From: a virus
Taxonomy: Duplodnaviria; Caudoviricetes
Strand: one strand, 5' to 3'
IMG/VR virus record: IMGVR_UViG_3300025101_000005
Location: 1-55,708 of that record
Length of the DNA: 55,708 bases
Position numbers and translations under genes: made by a program. The notes beneath the pieces were generated by a model. That model saw nothing but the letters and a program-made list of their open reading frames with translations. It did no database searches and was not told the origin of the DNA. This document shows positions 1-9,972 of the stretch, piece after piece (positions within the stretch are counted from its first letter, which is position 1; each line of letters starts with the position of its first letter).

Positions 1-99
1 GTCACCTCCCCTACCCAACAAATAATCGGAGCAAAAATTGAAAACGTCTGAAAAAAGAAGTACAAAGAAGTGCGAACGGTGCGAAAAGGACTTTTATGT
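1..99. repeat. 99-bp terminal direct repeat, copy 1 (circular-assembly overlap)
   Basis: Bases 1-99 are identical to 55610-55708. The length is a typical assembler k-mer and the repeat cuts through the start of the first ORF. Confidence 0.95.
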
Positions 100-493
100 A
101 AAGCCAAGCCACATGGATAGGGCTAAATACTGTTCCTGGGAGTGCCGAACAGCCAAAGGAAGTGTGAAAGATATGAAATCAGTCATGGCTACAGTGGAAA
201 ACAAGCCACTAACGCCCCAGCAATCGGCGCAAATACGTAGTAATATAGCGCAATATGTAAAAGACCAGATTGTAATAGCCAATGAAGTGGTGATGCACGG
301 CAAAGAATGGACGCCAACACAGGCAAGGGTCTTTGGCATGCTACTAAATAAAGTAGTTCCAGACCTAAACGCTGCATATCACAAGCACGAACATGAGATT
401 AAGAACTTAACCGAGATGTCTCGTTCAGAATTGGAGCAGATTGCTTCTGGAACCAAACAAATTGAAGGAGAATATGTAGAAGATGTTAATTAA
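38..493 (+). CDS. putative terminase small subunit with N-terminal zinc finger
   Basis: TTG start after GGAG. CERC...YCSWEC zinc-finger motif, helical C-terminus, two genes upstream of terL. Function inferred from position. Confidence 0.55.
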   Translation: MKTSEKRSTKKCERCEKDFYVKPSHMDRAKYCSWECRTAKGSVKDMKSVMATVENKPLTPQQSAQIRSNIAQYVKDQIVIANEVVMHGKEWTPTQARVFGMLLNKVVPDLNAAYHKHEHEIKNLTEMSRSELEQIASGTKQIEGEYVEDVN

Positions 494-704
494 AAACCAA
501 AGAAAGGACGCAATTCAGTCCAGAATTACGCTAGAACAGTTCGCTTCGGCTATGAAACAAATTAATTTAGAGAATGTTCCGCCAGAAAAACGCAAAGCAG
601 CAGTGCTTGACCACATATTTACAATAATGTCGGATACAGTTGTGGACTCTGGTCTCAAATACGAGATAAAGTCCAGCCAACTATTAAGGAAACGTCTTGG
701 CTAA
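483..704 (+). CDS. hypothetical protein
   Basis: GAAGGAG upstream of ATG; overlaps both neighbours. Confidence 0.7.
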   Translation: MLIKNQRKDAIQSRITLEQFASAMKQINLENVPPEKRKAAVLDHIFTIMSDTVVDSGLKYEIKSSQLLRKRLG

Positions 705-2316
705 ACCAACGCAACAGGAAGTTGCGAGATATTTACTGCGATTACGTGACGCCAGTGACTCATTCCGTGGCTTCGTAAAACTTATGCAACCTGATTGGGA
801 GCTTGCAGACTTTCAAGAAGAGCTAATAGAAGTATTAGACAACTTAGAAAAAGGTGAGCTGGGTGCTGACAACCTTCTCATCACAATGCCACCACGTCAC
901 GCCAAATCAACTTTCGGCACAATATACTTCCCTTCTTACTTCATGGCTCGTAACCCATCTCGTTACGTCATGTCTTGTTCTTACAACTCACAGCTCGCCA
1001 CAGACTTCGGCAGACAGATACGTGGAGTGGTAGAAGACAAAGCAATACCTCAAGCTTTCCCTGACTTTAAATTATCACAGGACAGTAGAGCAGCAGACGT
1101 ATGGCGTACCGAAGATAACGGTGCATACTTTGCTGTAGGTATTGGGGGTACGACCTCTGGTCGTCCCGCCAATCTTCTTATAGTGGATGACCCAGTAAAA
1201 TCCCGTGAGGACGCCGAGTCTATGACTCAGCGCAACAAGACATGGAACTATTACACATCAGCACTAGCCACACGTCTTCAGCCAGAACAGGACGGCACGA
1301 GACCAAAACAAATAGTAATCCTGACCCGCTGGCATCCAGATGACCTAGCTGGACGCCTCCAGCAAACAGAGGACTGGGAAGAAGGAAGATGGAAACATGT
1401 TAACTTCCAAGCAATAAAAACAGTCCGTAGTGGCAAAATAAGCCGTCGTGAGCTACCAGAAGACGATTCTAGGTACATCGAACCAGGGGAACTAGCAAAG
1501 CTCGCCCCTGGCAAGCGTACAGTAGATGTTCACGACGAAGCATCTTTATGGCCCGAACGCTTCAGCCTTGAAGACCTAAAGCGACGTGAGCGTTTAAACC
1601 CCAGAGAGTTTGCATCTCTATACCAGCAGCGCCCATACATCGAAGGTGGTAACATTATAAAAACAGAATGGTGGCAAAAGTATCCCAAAGACCTTTCACC
1701 AGAAAGTTTTACAACTTTAGTTATTGGCGTCGATACGGCTTTCAAGAAAACAGAGACAGCTGACTATAGTGTAGCTGTAGTAGCTGGCATGGATAAAAAC
1801 GGTGACATATATATAGTAGACATCATACGAGGCAAGTACGACTTTCCAGAGCTAAAGCAAATGCTAGTCCGTCTAAACAACAGGTGGCGAGGCAAAGGAC
1901 TCCGAGCTATGTACATTGAAGACAAAGCCTCTGGTCAATCTATACTGCAAGAACTAAAACGTGAAAGTGGTATGTCTGTAATCCCTTACAAGGTAGTCCA
2001 TGATAAGGTAGCCAGAGTCAACGCTATACTGCCTTTGATAGAAGGGGGACGAATATTTATTCCAGAACAGGCAGAATGGTTAGATTCATTCATAGACGAA
2101 ACAGTAACATTCCCTGGAGGAAACCATGATGACCAAGTTGATGCTATGACAATAGCTGTTGATGTCCTGTCAAGAACATCTATTTCGCCCGATGCTTGGA
2201 GCCTTCACACAGATGCTTCACAGTCATTAAACAATGCCAACATAAAATCTCTTGGAGATTCCTTAACCAAACGAATTGATAAAAAAGCACATGAATGGAA
2301 AGGTTGGGGTCTTTAA
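697..2316 (+). CDS. terL: terminase large subunit
   Basis: Walker A variant MPPRHAKS, Walker B LLIVDDP, motif TRWHPDDL, RNase H-like nuclease motifs GVDTA and HDDQVDA; TTG start. Confidence 0.95.
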   Translation: MAKPTQQEVARYLLRLRDASDSFRGFVKLMQPDWELADFQEELIEVLDNLEKGELGADNLLITMPPRHAKSTFGTIYFPSYFMARNPSRYVMSCSYNSQLATDFGRQIRGVVEDKAIPQAFPDFKLSQDSRAADVWRTEDNGAYFAVGIGGTTSGRPANLLIVDDPVKSREDAESMTQRNKTWNYYTSALATRLQPEQDGTRPKQIVILTRWHPDDLAGRLQQTEDWEEGRWKHVNFQAIKTVRSGKISRRELPEDDSRYIEPGELAKLAPGKRTVDVHDEASLWPERFSLEDLKRRERLNPREFASLYQQRPYIEGGNIIKTEWWQKYPKDLSPESFTTLVIGVDTAFKKTETADYSVAVVAGMDKNGDIYIVDIIRGKYDFPELKQMLVRLNNRWRGKGLRAMYIEDKASGQSILQELKRESGMSVIPYKVVHDKVARVNAILPLIEGGRIFIPEQAEWLDSFIDETVTFPGGNHDDQVDAMTIAVDVLSRTSISPDAWSLHTDASQSLNNANIKSLGDSLTKRIDKKAHEWKGWGL

Positions 2317-2347
2317 GGACGACCAAGTTAATAACAGAAAGTATAGT
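2317..2347 (+). promoter_or_regulatory. phage late promoter motif GGACGAC-N18-TATAGT (portal)
   Basis: Begins immediately after the terL stop codon; same spacing as the other copies. Confidence 0.75.
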
Positions 2348-2354
2348 TTATATT

Positions 2355-4316
2355 ATGAGTGTAGGTGGCCCAAAAAGTAGAACGACAATAAATTCTGGTT
2401 CTGGATACAGAAACGCTGAGTACGTATCAGGCCCGAATGAAGGTGTGGTTGTTGACCTTTCTGAATTTGCAGAAGAATTAATTAACTACCAAGACATATC
2501 TCACCGATTGTCAGACGAGCAAGAAAGACGAATCGTAGACTATGTAAAGTCTATGGTCGATATGTCTTACTTTAAAATCAGAAAAAGGTACGACCATTGG
2601 ACGGAAGCAGACCGAGCCCATGATGTTTACGTACCACCAGACACTACAGATTTCAGAGAAAAAGCTGTAATCGCCGATACCAGAGCTATCGCCGATACGG
2701 TTCTTACATACATGATGGCAGCACTATCAGGCAGAAACCCAATGTTTCAGCTTGAAGGTCTCAACAGAAAATCCAGACAATCATCTATGATTCTGGAAAG
2801 AGTATTGCATCAGCAGATGCGAAGAACGGCTGGTGAAGCACGTCTCGCCCAACTTCTCCTTGATAGCATACGCTACGGGTTCGCTCCTACGAAAATAGTT
2901 TGGGACTCTGGGACAAATCAAAATCGTATGATTAACTTTGACCCAAGGCGCTGCTTCCCAGACCCACGAGTAAACTGGGGTGACTGGGACAACATGCAGT
3001 ACATAGTCTTCTCAGACTACGTCAGCTTCAACTCTCTTCTATACAGCGGAATGTATCCGAAGCTAAAGATGTTCCCAGCTCTACGTCACAAGATTTCACC
3101 ACCACGAAATGCTTGGAGCGCACACCAGTTTCATAGAGAAGAAGGCAGAGGTCTATCAATAGACCCGTCTGCACCGAACCAAAGAGAAAGATTCGACCAC
3201 GCATATTTCACACTTGGCGACGCACGGGTGGTAGACGAAGCGTGGGTACGTCTATCTGGTCACGAAATCAACATACCTACAATCGACCAGATATTCCTAG
3301 TCATCACAATACTAGACGAAAACGTAGTCATCCGATTCCAGCTCAACCCATACGGCAGACAGATGCCAGCTGTTATCGGTGGTCTATACCAAGACTCGCA
3401 CAAGACGTATGGTCAATCACTCTACGACCTTATCTTGCCGATGCACGATATAGCTACATACCTGATGCGTTCACGTATCGACAACATTAGTGCAGCACTT
3501 AACAATCTGATATTTGTTGACCCAACACAGGTAAGTGTTCCTGACCTAATTGACAGGAATCCTTGGGGCGTTGTCAGAACATTGCCAGGTACAAAGCCTG
3601 GGGACGGTGTATTTATTGCACAGGTTCCAGACGTAACCCGTGGTCACTTCAATGATATTGCAGCAATGTCTGAACTCAAGCAAAGAGTATCAGCAGCATC
3701 CGACGCACAACAAGGTATGCCAACATCAGACGGCATCCGAACAGCAACAGAAATACAGCGTCTAACACAACTAGGCTCACAACGTCTTGGGGTTTTAGCT
3801 CGTGTTATGTCAGCTACCACCATCCGACCTATGGTGCGGATGATGGTATCAAACATTCAGGACAGTCTATCAATGGACGGCTCTGTTAAAATAGACGAAA
3901 GAGAAATGCCAAACCAACTATCCGATATGGTTGAAGACGGCTATCTCGACTTTGACGTGCAGAAAGATTTACAAGGCGATATTGATTACCTTGTGATTGA
4001 CGGCACATTACCACTCGAACCAACACGTAATGCTGAGACATGGATGAACATGCTACAGATTATGGCGCAGACAGGTTTGAATATGGAATACAACGCTGGT
4101 CAGATTGCTGAAGAAGCTATTAGAGCTATGGGCATTACAGATATGGACAGGTTCCGTATCTCGAAAGACCAGATGGCACAAGACGGCCCAAGCCCATCTC
4201 AGCAAATGCAGCTTATGGAAAAGATGCGAGGTGCATCAGTACAACCGAATGAGAACGTCCAGAAAGAAGTTCAGAAAGGCAACCTCATTCCACTAAGAGA
4301 GAGGCAAGGACAATGA
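2355..4316 (+). CDS. portal protein
   Basis: ~653 aa directly after terL. Podovirus portal-like features: LLLDSIRYG, NPYG..P...G...SHKTYGQS, RTATEI. Start moved to ATG 2355 (MSVGGPK). Confidence 0.88.
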   Translation: MSVGGPKSRTTINSGSGYRNAEYVSGPNEGVVVDLSEFAEELINYQDISHRLSDEQERRIVDYVKSMVDMSYFKIRKRYDHWTEADRAHDVYVPPDTTDFREKAVIADTRAIADTVLTYMMAALSGRNPMFQLEGLNRKSRQSSMILERVLHQQMRRTAGEARLAQLLLDSIRYGFAPTKIVWDSGTNQNRMINFDPRRCFPDPRVNWGDWDNMQYIVFSDYVSFNSLLYSGMYPKLKMFPALRHKISPPRNAWSAHQFHREEGRGLSIDPSAPNQRERFDHAYFTLGDARVVDEAWVRLSGHEINIPTIDQIFLVITILDENVVIRFQLNPYGRQMPAVIGGLYQDSHKTYGQSLYDLILPMHDIATYLMRSRIDNISAALNNLIFVDPTQVSVPDLIDRNPWGVVRTLPGTKPGDGVFIAQVPDVTRGHFNDIAAMSELKQRVSAASDAQQGMPTSDGIRTATEIQRLTQLGSQRLGVLARVMSATTIRPMVRMMVSNIQDSLSMDGSVKIDEREMPNQLSDMVEDGYLDFDVQKDLQGDIDYLVIDGTLPLEPTRNAETWMNMLQIMAQTGLNMEYNAGQIAEEAIRAMGITDMDRFRISKDQMAQDGPSPSQQMQLMEKMRGASVQPNENVQKEVQKGNLIPLRERQGQ

Positions 4317-4594
4317 GCAAGGTAGAAGCACTCAAAGCCTCCATTACAGACAAGAAGATAGTTGACTTGATGGAGGAGAACGACAGGCTCTTGGGGTTAG
4401 AGCTTACAGAAATGAACAAGACGAGGACGTCTGAATACAAGTCAATCAAGGACAAAATGACAGCTATGGAAGAAACCATAGTCAAATTAGAAACAAAGAT
4501 TGAGTCACTAGAAGGAGCTGGTCAGGACGACAAGTATAAGATTACTAAAGTAAAACTAATACAGTTGATGAAAGATTTGGGGTATTACAACTAA
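4313..4594 (+). CDS. hypothetical coiled-coil protein
   Basis: ATGA overlap with portal; heptad-like K/E pattern. Confidence 0.7.
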   Translation: MSKVEALKASITDKKIVDLMEENDRLLGLELTEMNKTRTSEYKSIKDKMTAMEETIVKLETKIESLEGAGQDDKYKITKVKLIQLMKDLGYYN

Positions 4595-6873
4595 TGGCAC
4601 AAACTCAACCAACAGGCGAACAGATACGATTCCGTTCCTCTAAGACAGGGGAACACATTTTAGATACGTACATGGAGAATACCGAGAAGGGTACACGTAC
4701 TCTTCCCGATATGATTGACGACCTTTTTGACGGGTCAGGCGTATTTCGTTCAACTAACTTTGAGTTTAGATTCGACCCAGCCACAGACAAGATACAAGTT
4801 CGTGTCGGTCAGTTTGCAAACGCAACTGCTGGTTATCAGGACATTACAACATTTTTTAACGTCACAGGCACATTTAGCTCATCAACAACATATCAAAACT
4901 TCGATGTAGTAACAGACAGCATCAAAGACGTGTACATCGTACACGGGCTAACTTCAGGACAAACTTTTTCTAGCGAATCAAATTTTACATCGAGCAGCAA
5001 CACAACAAAGATAGTTGATGTTTCCGAAGCACGAGCTTATGCCATAAAAGTAAACGGAGCCATTACAGGAACTGAGTATAGTGCAAAAGCCTGGGCTATT
5101 GGAGGCACAGGTGTAACAGGCGCAGCCAACGGCGGTAACGCAAAAGACTGGGCAACAAAAGTAAACGGCACAGCAGATAATGCAGAGTTCTCCTCGAAGG
5201 CCTACGCTCTTGGCGGAACTGGTGTAGACACCACCACTGGTTCTGCCAAGGACTGGGCTATCAAAACAGGCAGTACAGTTGGCAACACAGGAGAGTATTC
5301 AGCAAAGTTTTGGGCGACATCTACAAACGTAGTCACAGTTGCCAATGGAATTGCAAACATCAACACCGTTGCAACAGGCATTGCTAACGTCAACACCACA
5401 GCTACAAATATAGCTGACATCAACACCGTTGCTGGAATCAATGCAAACGTAACAACAGTAGCTGGGATACAAGCTAACGTAACCACAGTTGCAACGAACA
5501 ATGCGAATGTGACCACAGTTGCTGGAATCTCGTCTGACGTTACAAGCGTAGCTGGTATTTCGTCTGCGGTATCTGCCGTAAACTCAAACGCTACGAACAT
5601 TAATGCCGTCAACTCAAACTCAACTAACATCAATAGTGTCGCTGGTATAAATTCTAACGTCACTACTGTTGCTACTAACATAGCGAACGTAAATAGTGTT
5701 GCTGGTATATTCTCAGGGACACAGACGTTTACTGTTACAGTTGTGCAATCGGGTGGTAACAAGTTTGCAATAGACGGCGCAACAGCACCAGCTTTAACTC
5801 TTGTAAAGGGTTTTACATACACATTTGATGTAAGTGACAGCTCTAACTCTGGACACCCTCTAAGATTTAAAGACGCTTCTGGAAACTCTTTTTCTACAGG
5901 CGTAACAGTTAACGGAACGCAAGGACAGTCTGGAGCTACTGTAGTTCTTGCGGTTCCAACATCAGGAACACAGCCAGCAAGATATTATTGTACCGTTCAT
6001 GGAAACGGTATGGGTAACTCAATTACCACGCAAAACAACGACATTGCTACAGTCGCAACAATATCCTCAGACGTAACTGCCGTATCAAACATACACGCAA
6101 ATGTCACAACTGTTGCTGGAATATCATCAAATGTAACATCCGTAGCTGCCAACAACGCAAACGTAACAACGGTTGCGGGTTCAATCGCCAATGTAAATAC
6201 AGCTGCGGGCTCAATCGCAAATGTCAACACAGTCGCTGGTTCAATAGCTAATGTAAACACAGTGGCAGCGAACGTCACAGACGTAAACTCATTTGCTAAC
6301 ACTTACGCTATTGGGGGTTCTGCTCCATCAAGCCCAACAACAGGCGACCTTTGGTATGATACGTCTGCAACGCAGATGAAAGTATATAATGGTTCTGCTT
6401 TTGTACTATTCGTCACAGGTTATGATACCGACAATCTACCAGAAGGCAGCTCAAACCAATACTTCACAAACGCAAGAGCAGACGCTCGAATCACAAATGC
6501 TTTCGGCAGTAACGTAACTCTTGGAGCGGAGCTTAGAGGCCCAGCTACATTTGTTATCGACCCAGCAGCAGTTGGCGACAACACAGGTTTGGTTCAAATC
6601 AAGGGAAGTTTGCAAGTAGATGGTACGACAACCACAGTAAATTCTGCTACTTTGGATGTGACTGATAAGAACATTACTGTCGCCAAGGGTTCTGCAAATG
6701 CAGCAGCCTCTAACGGAGCTGGGATTACAGTCGAGATTGGAAGCGGTACAGACGCAACATTAACATACGCAAATACGGATGATACGTGGAACGTAAACAA
6801 GAATTTAAAAATAAACGCAGCTTTAGCAGCGACACAAGACGACGCTGTTGCACTAAGCATTGCGCTTGGGTGA
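4594..6873 (+). CDS. tail fibre protein with 10-aa repeats and a cupredoxin-like insert
   Basis: YSAK.WA repeats, NVTTVAG repeats, GHPL...YYCTVHGNGMG domain, PSSPTTGDLWYD motif, C-terminal SIALG. Confidence 0.85.
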   Translation: MAQTQPTGEQIRFRSSKTGEHILDTYMENTEKGTRTLPDMIDDLFDGSGVFRSTNFEFRFDPATDKIQVRVGQFANATAGYQDITTFFNVTGTFSSSTTYQNFDVVTDSIKDVYIVHGLTSGQTFSSESNFTSSSNTTKIVDVSEARAYAIKVNGAITGTEYSAKAWAIGGTGVTGAANGGNAKDWATKVNGTADNAEFSSKAYALGGTGVDTTTGSAKDWAIKTGSTVGNTGEYSAKFWATSTNVVTVANGIANINTVATGIANVNTTATNIADINTVAGINANVTTVAGIQANVTTVATNNANVTTVAGISSDVTSVAGISSAVSAVNSNATNINAVNSNSTNINSVAGINSNVTTVATNIANVNSVAGIFSGTQTFTVTVVQSGGNKFAIDGATAPALTLVKGFTYTFDVSDSSNSGHPLRFKDASGNSFSTGVTVNGTQGQSGATVVLAVPTSGTQPARYYCTVHGNGMGNSITTQNNDIATVATISSDVTAVSNIHANVTTVAGISSNVTSVAANNANVTTVAGSIANVNTAAGSIANVNTVAGSIANVNTVAANVTDVNSFANTYAIGGSAPSSPTTGDLWYDTSATQMKVYNGSAFVLFVTGYDTDNLPEGSSNQYFTNARADARITNAFGSNVTLGAELRGPATFVIDPAAVGDNTGLVQIKGSLQVDGTTTTVNSATLDVTDKNITVAKGSANAAASNGAGITVEIGSGTDATLTYANTDDTWNVNKNLKINAALAATQDDAVALSIALG
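5326..5706 (+). repeat. coding tandem repeat, ~30-nt period (NV/I-T/N-T/S-VAGI), tract 1
   Basis: Degenerate 10-aa repeats in the tail fibre. Confidence 0.8.
6037..6300 (+). repeat. coding tandem repeat, ~30-nt period (NVNTVAGSIA), tract 2
   Basis: Degenerate 10-aa repeats resume after the inserted domain. Confidence 0.8.
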
Positions 6874-6885
6874 TAGGAGAACTAG

Positions 6886-7239
6886 ATGGCAAATACATTT
6901 AAAAATGCGACAGCACAAAAAGTAGATACAAGTTTTGTTACAGTATATGACGCTAACGCAGCAAACTTAACAGCAACGGTTGTTCTTGGTGTAGCACTCT
7001 GCAACAGAACAACAGGAACAATCAAAGTAAGCTGTGTACTCCGAGTTGGGGGTGCAGACGGAAGCTCAAACGCAAATCACCGATTGATACTAAACGACGT
7101 ACAGATTTTATCAGGAGCTACCCTCGAAGTCATGGGTGGTCAGAAATACATACTGCAAGCAAACGACGACTTACAGTTTAAGTCAGACACTGCTGACAGC
7201 CTCGATGTTGTCATGGGCGTAATGGAGATTACTAGCTAA
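6886..7239 (+). CDS. small virion/tail-associated protein
   Basis: AGGAG RBS. MANTFKN start, beta-rich 117 aa; this gene type commonly follows AIALG-ending fibres in marine phages. Confidence 0.7.
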   Translation: MANTFKNATAQKVDTSFVTVYDANAANLTATVVLGVALCNRTTGTIKVSCVLRVGGADGSSNANHRLILNDVQILSGATLEVMGGQKYILQANDDLQFKSDTADSLDVVMGVMEITS

Positions 7240-8375
7240 TGCCATACTTAGGACAGTCACCCAAAGAAACGTTTAGCGCTGCTACTTCTCAAGTAATCAC
7301 GGGCAACGGAGGCACGTCTTACAGTTTAAACACTGCTGTTTCTTCTCCCGAAGATTTAGAAGTATTTGTTAACAATGTCCAACAGCAACCAACAACGACT
7401 TACACTGTAAGTGGCTCAACAATTACTTTTGATGAAGCGCTTAACTCAACGGACACATGCTACGTTGTATTTCGTGGGGCAAGAAAAGAGTCACGAGTAC
7501 ACCCAGCGGGGCAAAACCTTCAGGCAGCAAACATTACTGCAACTGGAAACGCAACAGTTACTGGTGACCTTACTGTAGATACTAATACACTTTTTGTAGA
7601 CGCATCAATCAACACAGTAGGTATATTAAACACTTCCCCTGGTAATTACTTGGACGGCGAGTTTACTGTAGGTAATAGCACCAAAGACCAATACATAAAT
7701 GTTGTAACAGGAGCTGCTAATGCAGCTGGAATATGTTTTCAGGACACTACTGGCACAAGTATTGTGGGCGGGTTGCGTTACACACACGGAGATAATGGAT
7801 TAGCTCTTTGGGCTGGGGGGTCAGAGATTGCAAGGATTCAATCAACTGGATTGAAACTTACTGCTGGAAAAGGAATTGATTTTAGTAATAACGCAAATGC
7901 TTCTGGTTCAGATACAGAGCTTTTAGATGATTACGAAAGTGGTACATGGACAGCTAGCTTCAGGTCTCACAGCAATGGAACAGAGACTACTCCAGCCAAT
8001 CACGACACCACTACACAAGACACAGCTGCGGAATATGTAAAAATTGGAAGGCTGGTTTTTGTAAGTGCTTGGGTAAGCGTTGATACCAAGAACAATCACA
8101 TATTTTTTGATTGCACGGGCCTTCCATTTGCTAGTGCTGCTGGCAGTGGAGGCGTCGGTATGGCTCTTCCTCATTTAAGAGGAATACGTTTTGGTTACAG
8201 CAGCACTTATATTATGGACAAAATTACGATTAGCGCTCAAATTTCTAGGGGTGGGCATACATCGTGTAGTTTTTCTACAGCAGCTACGTACACACCGTTT
8301 TCAGGGTATTGGCACGTTTTAAATATAAATGGTGGAAAATACGTTGGTTTTGCTGGAACTTACGAGGCAGCTTAA
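7239..8375 (+). CDS. tail fibre-related protein
   Basis: MPYLG start, VFVNNVQQQP..YTVSG domain, LDDYESGTWT and YVKIGRLVFV fibre-tip motifs. Confidence 0.8.
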   Translation: MPYLGQSPKETFSAATSQVITGNGGTSYSLNTAVSSPEDLEVFVNNVQQQPTTTYTVSGSTITFDEALNSTDTCYVVFRGARKESRVHPAGQNLQAANITATGNATVTGDLTVDTNTLFVDASINTVGILNTSPGNYLDGEFTVGNSTKDQYINVVTGAANAAGICFQDTTGTSIVGGLRYTHGDNGLALWAGGSEIARIQSTGLKLTAGKGIDFSNNANASGSDTELLDDYESGTWTASFRSHSNGTETTPANHDTTTQDTAAEYVKIGRLVFVSAWVSVDTKNNHIFFDCTGLPFASAAGSGGVGMALPHLRGIRFGYSSTYIMDKITISAQISRGGHTSCSFSTAATYTPFSGYWHVLNINGGKYVGFAGTYEAA

Positions 8376-8386
8376 AGGAGATAATT

Positions 8387-8656
8387 ATGGCAATAACAAA
8401 AAGAGAAGAAGTAGATAAAATTGAAATTGTTGGACAATTTAAAATTATTCAACAAAGAATATCTACTGTAATTGAAGAAGACGGCAAAGAAATATCAAGA
8501 GCCAATCACAGGGTGAGTTTTACGCCAGAGGACGACGTTTCTAAAGAATCAAAAGAGGTTCAAGATTTAGCAAAAATCTACCACACAGACGCCGTTAAGA
8601 AGGCTTACAAAGAATCTAATGTTCATCCAACTGTGAGAGATAACGAGGGTTCGTAA
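8387..8656 (+). CDS. small protein, probable fibre assembly partner
   Basis: AAGGAG RBS before ATG 8387 (MAITKREEVDKIEIVG...EDGKEISR.NHR). Confidence 0.65.
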   Translation: MAITKREEVDKIEIVGQFKIIQQRISTVIEEDGKEISRANHRVSFTPEDDVSKESKEVQDLAKIYHTDAVKKAYKESNVHPTVRDNEGS

Positions 8657-9495
8657 TGGCAAGAAGTAAAATTACAGAGGCTTCTTTATCAACGCCAAGC
8701 CAGTTTTTTGCTGTTGGAGGCACTCTGACTCAGTACCGCAGTGGTGGGGTTACATACAGAGTTCACTCATTTACAGATACTGGTAACCACAAAATTGTAT
8801 TCAACGCCACAGGTGCTGTTGATTTTCTTATTGTTGCGGGCGGAGGTGGCTCCGCAGCTGCTGAAGGCTACACGGGCTCTACAGGTGGCGCTGGTGCTGG
8901 AGGTATGGTCGAAGGCGCATCTCAAACAATAGCTCGTGGAGAATACACAATCGTTGTGGGTACTGGAGGTGCAAAATCTACAGACATAAACGCTCCAGGT
9001 AGTAATGGTGGCGACAGTTCCTTTAACAGTTTTATAGGCAAAGGCGGAGCTGGAGGAGGAGATTATGAAGGTGGTCAAAGAAATGGTGGCTCTGGTGCTG
9101 GTGGCTCAGAAGACAATGAACCAGGCGGTACATCAACACAAGACACATATTCTGGAACAAGTGGTGTAACTGGATTTGGAAACGCTGGTGGTTCTGGCGG
9201 GCCTTACGGGGGCGGTGGTTCTGGCGGTTCTGGAGGTGGAGGCGGAGCTGGTGGAGCTGGCACGAACGCAAATAATGCAACTGCAAACGGAGGTGTTGGG
9301 CGTGCAAACAGTTTAAGGACAGGGTCAAATGTAACGTACGCACGAGGCGGTAACGGATACGCACACAATGAAAGCTCCGTAGACGAAGCAGCAAATACTG
9401 GTAACGGCGCACACGGAGTTTCAAGCACAGGGGGCAATAACACTAATAGTGGTAATGGGGGCTCTGGGATTGTGGTAATAAGATATGCTTTATAG
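8656..9495 (+). CDS. glycine-rich virion protein
   Basis: YRVHSFT, LIVAGGGGS, GG-rich core and terminal GGSGIVVIRY. Confidence 0.8.
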   Translation: MARSKITEASLSTPSQFFAVGGTLTQYRSGGVTYRVHSFTDTGNHKIVFNATGAVDFLIVAGGGGSAAAEGYTGSTGGAGAGGMVEGASQTIARGEYTIVVGTGGAKSTDINAPGSNGGDSSFNSFIGKGGAGGGDYEGGQRNGGSGAGGSEDNEPGGTSTQDTYSGTSGVTGFGNAGGSGGPYGGGGSGGSGGGGGAGGAGTNANNATANGGVGRANSLRTGSNVTYARGGNGYAHNESSVDEAANTGNGAHGVSSTGGNNTNSGNGGSGIVVIRYAL

Positions 9496-9504
9496 GAGTT
9501 TAAC

Positions 9505-9972
9505 ATGCCATACATAGGACGTGAGCCACTTAGCTCAGATTTTAAAAAACTAGATAACATCTCCCCAAACGGCGGTGCATCTTACAGTCTTCTATTCAAT
9601 GGTGCAGCATACGACCCAGGCAGTAGCACTCGTCTTATCGTTTCGGTAAATGGTGTAACGCAAGCCCCAGACGTAGCGTACACAGTATCAGGCTCAACAA
9701 TTACATTCACAGCAAACTTAGTATCTGGCACAGACGTAGTTGATTACATTGTAGGAATGGGCGACGTCTTCAATGCTGGTGCGGTTGCAGACGGTACAGT
9801 AACCCCAGCAAAACTTGCCTCGACTCTCGTCTTGGACGACACACCCATACGAACTAATATAAACTCTTTAAATAACTCGGTAACAGTTGCAGCCAATCAG
9901 AACGCTTTTGTTGCTGGGCCAATAACAATTACACAACCATTAACGATTAATGGGACATTTACGGTGGTATAG
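9505..9972 (+). CDS. tail fibre-related adaptor protein
   Basis: MPYIG start; VSVNGVTQAP..YTVSGSTITF shared with 7239-8375; C-terminal AGPITI..LTING.FTVV. Confidence 0.75.
   Translation: MPYIGREPLSSDFKKLDNISPNGGASYSLLFNGAAYDPGSSTRLIVSVNGVTQAPDVAYTVSGSTITFTANLVSGTDVVDYIVGMGDVFNAGAVADGTVTPAKLASTLVLDDTPIRTNINSLNNSVTVAANQNAFVAGPITITQPLTINGTFTVV

Noticed and set aside
1-99. 99-bp terminal repeat as the physical DTR of the virion DNA
   Set aside because: The length equals a common assembly k-mer and it cuts through an ORF start. It shows circular assembly, not real ends.
4525-4556. GGACGAC before the tail fibre gene as a definite late promoter
   Set aside because: The position is plausible but the N18 hexamer is GTAAAA, and only a weak TAAAAC appears at N19. 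Left as uncertain. The coding copies near 9834 and 44604 (N19 TAAACT, AATCAT) are similarly uncertain.
5202-5822. Long antisense ORFs over structural genes (also 27055-27753, 50826-51329, 51807-52361 and others)
   Set aside because: Shadow frames of repetitive or biased coding sequence, with no RBS or recognisable motifs.
5326-6300. 30-nt periodic repeats as a CRISPR-like or DGR array
   Set aside because: They are degenerate at synonymous positions and encode 10-aa fibre repeats. There are no spacers and no reverse transcriptase.
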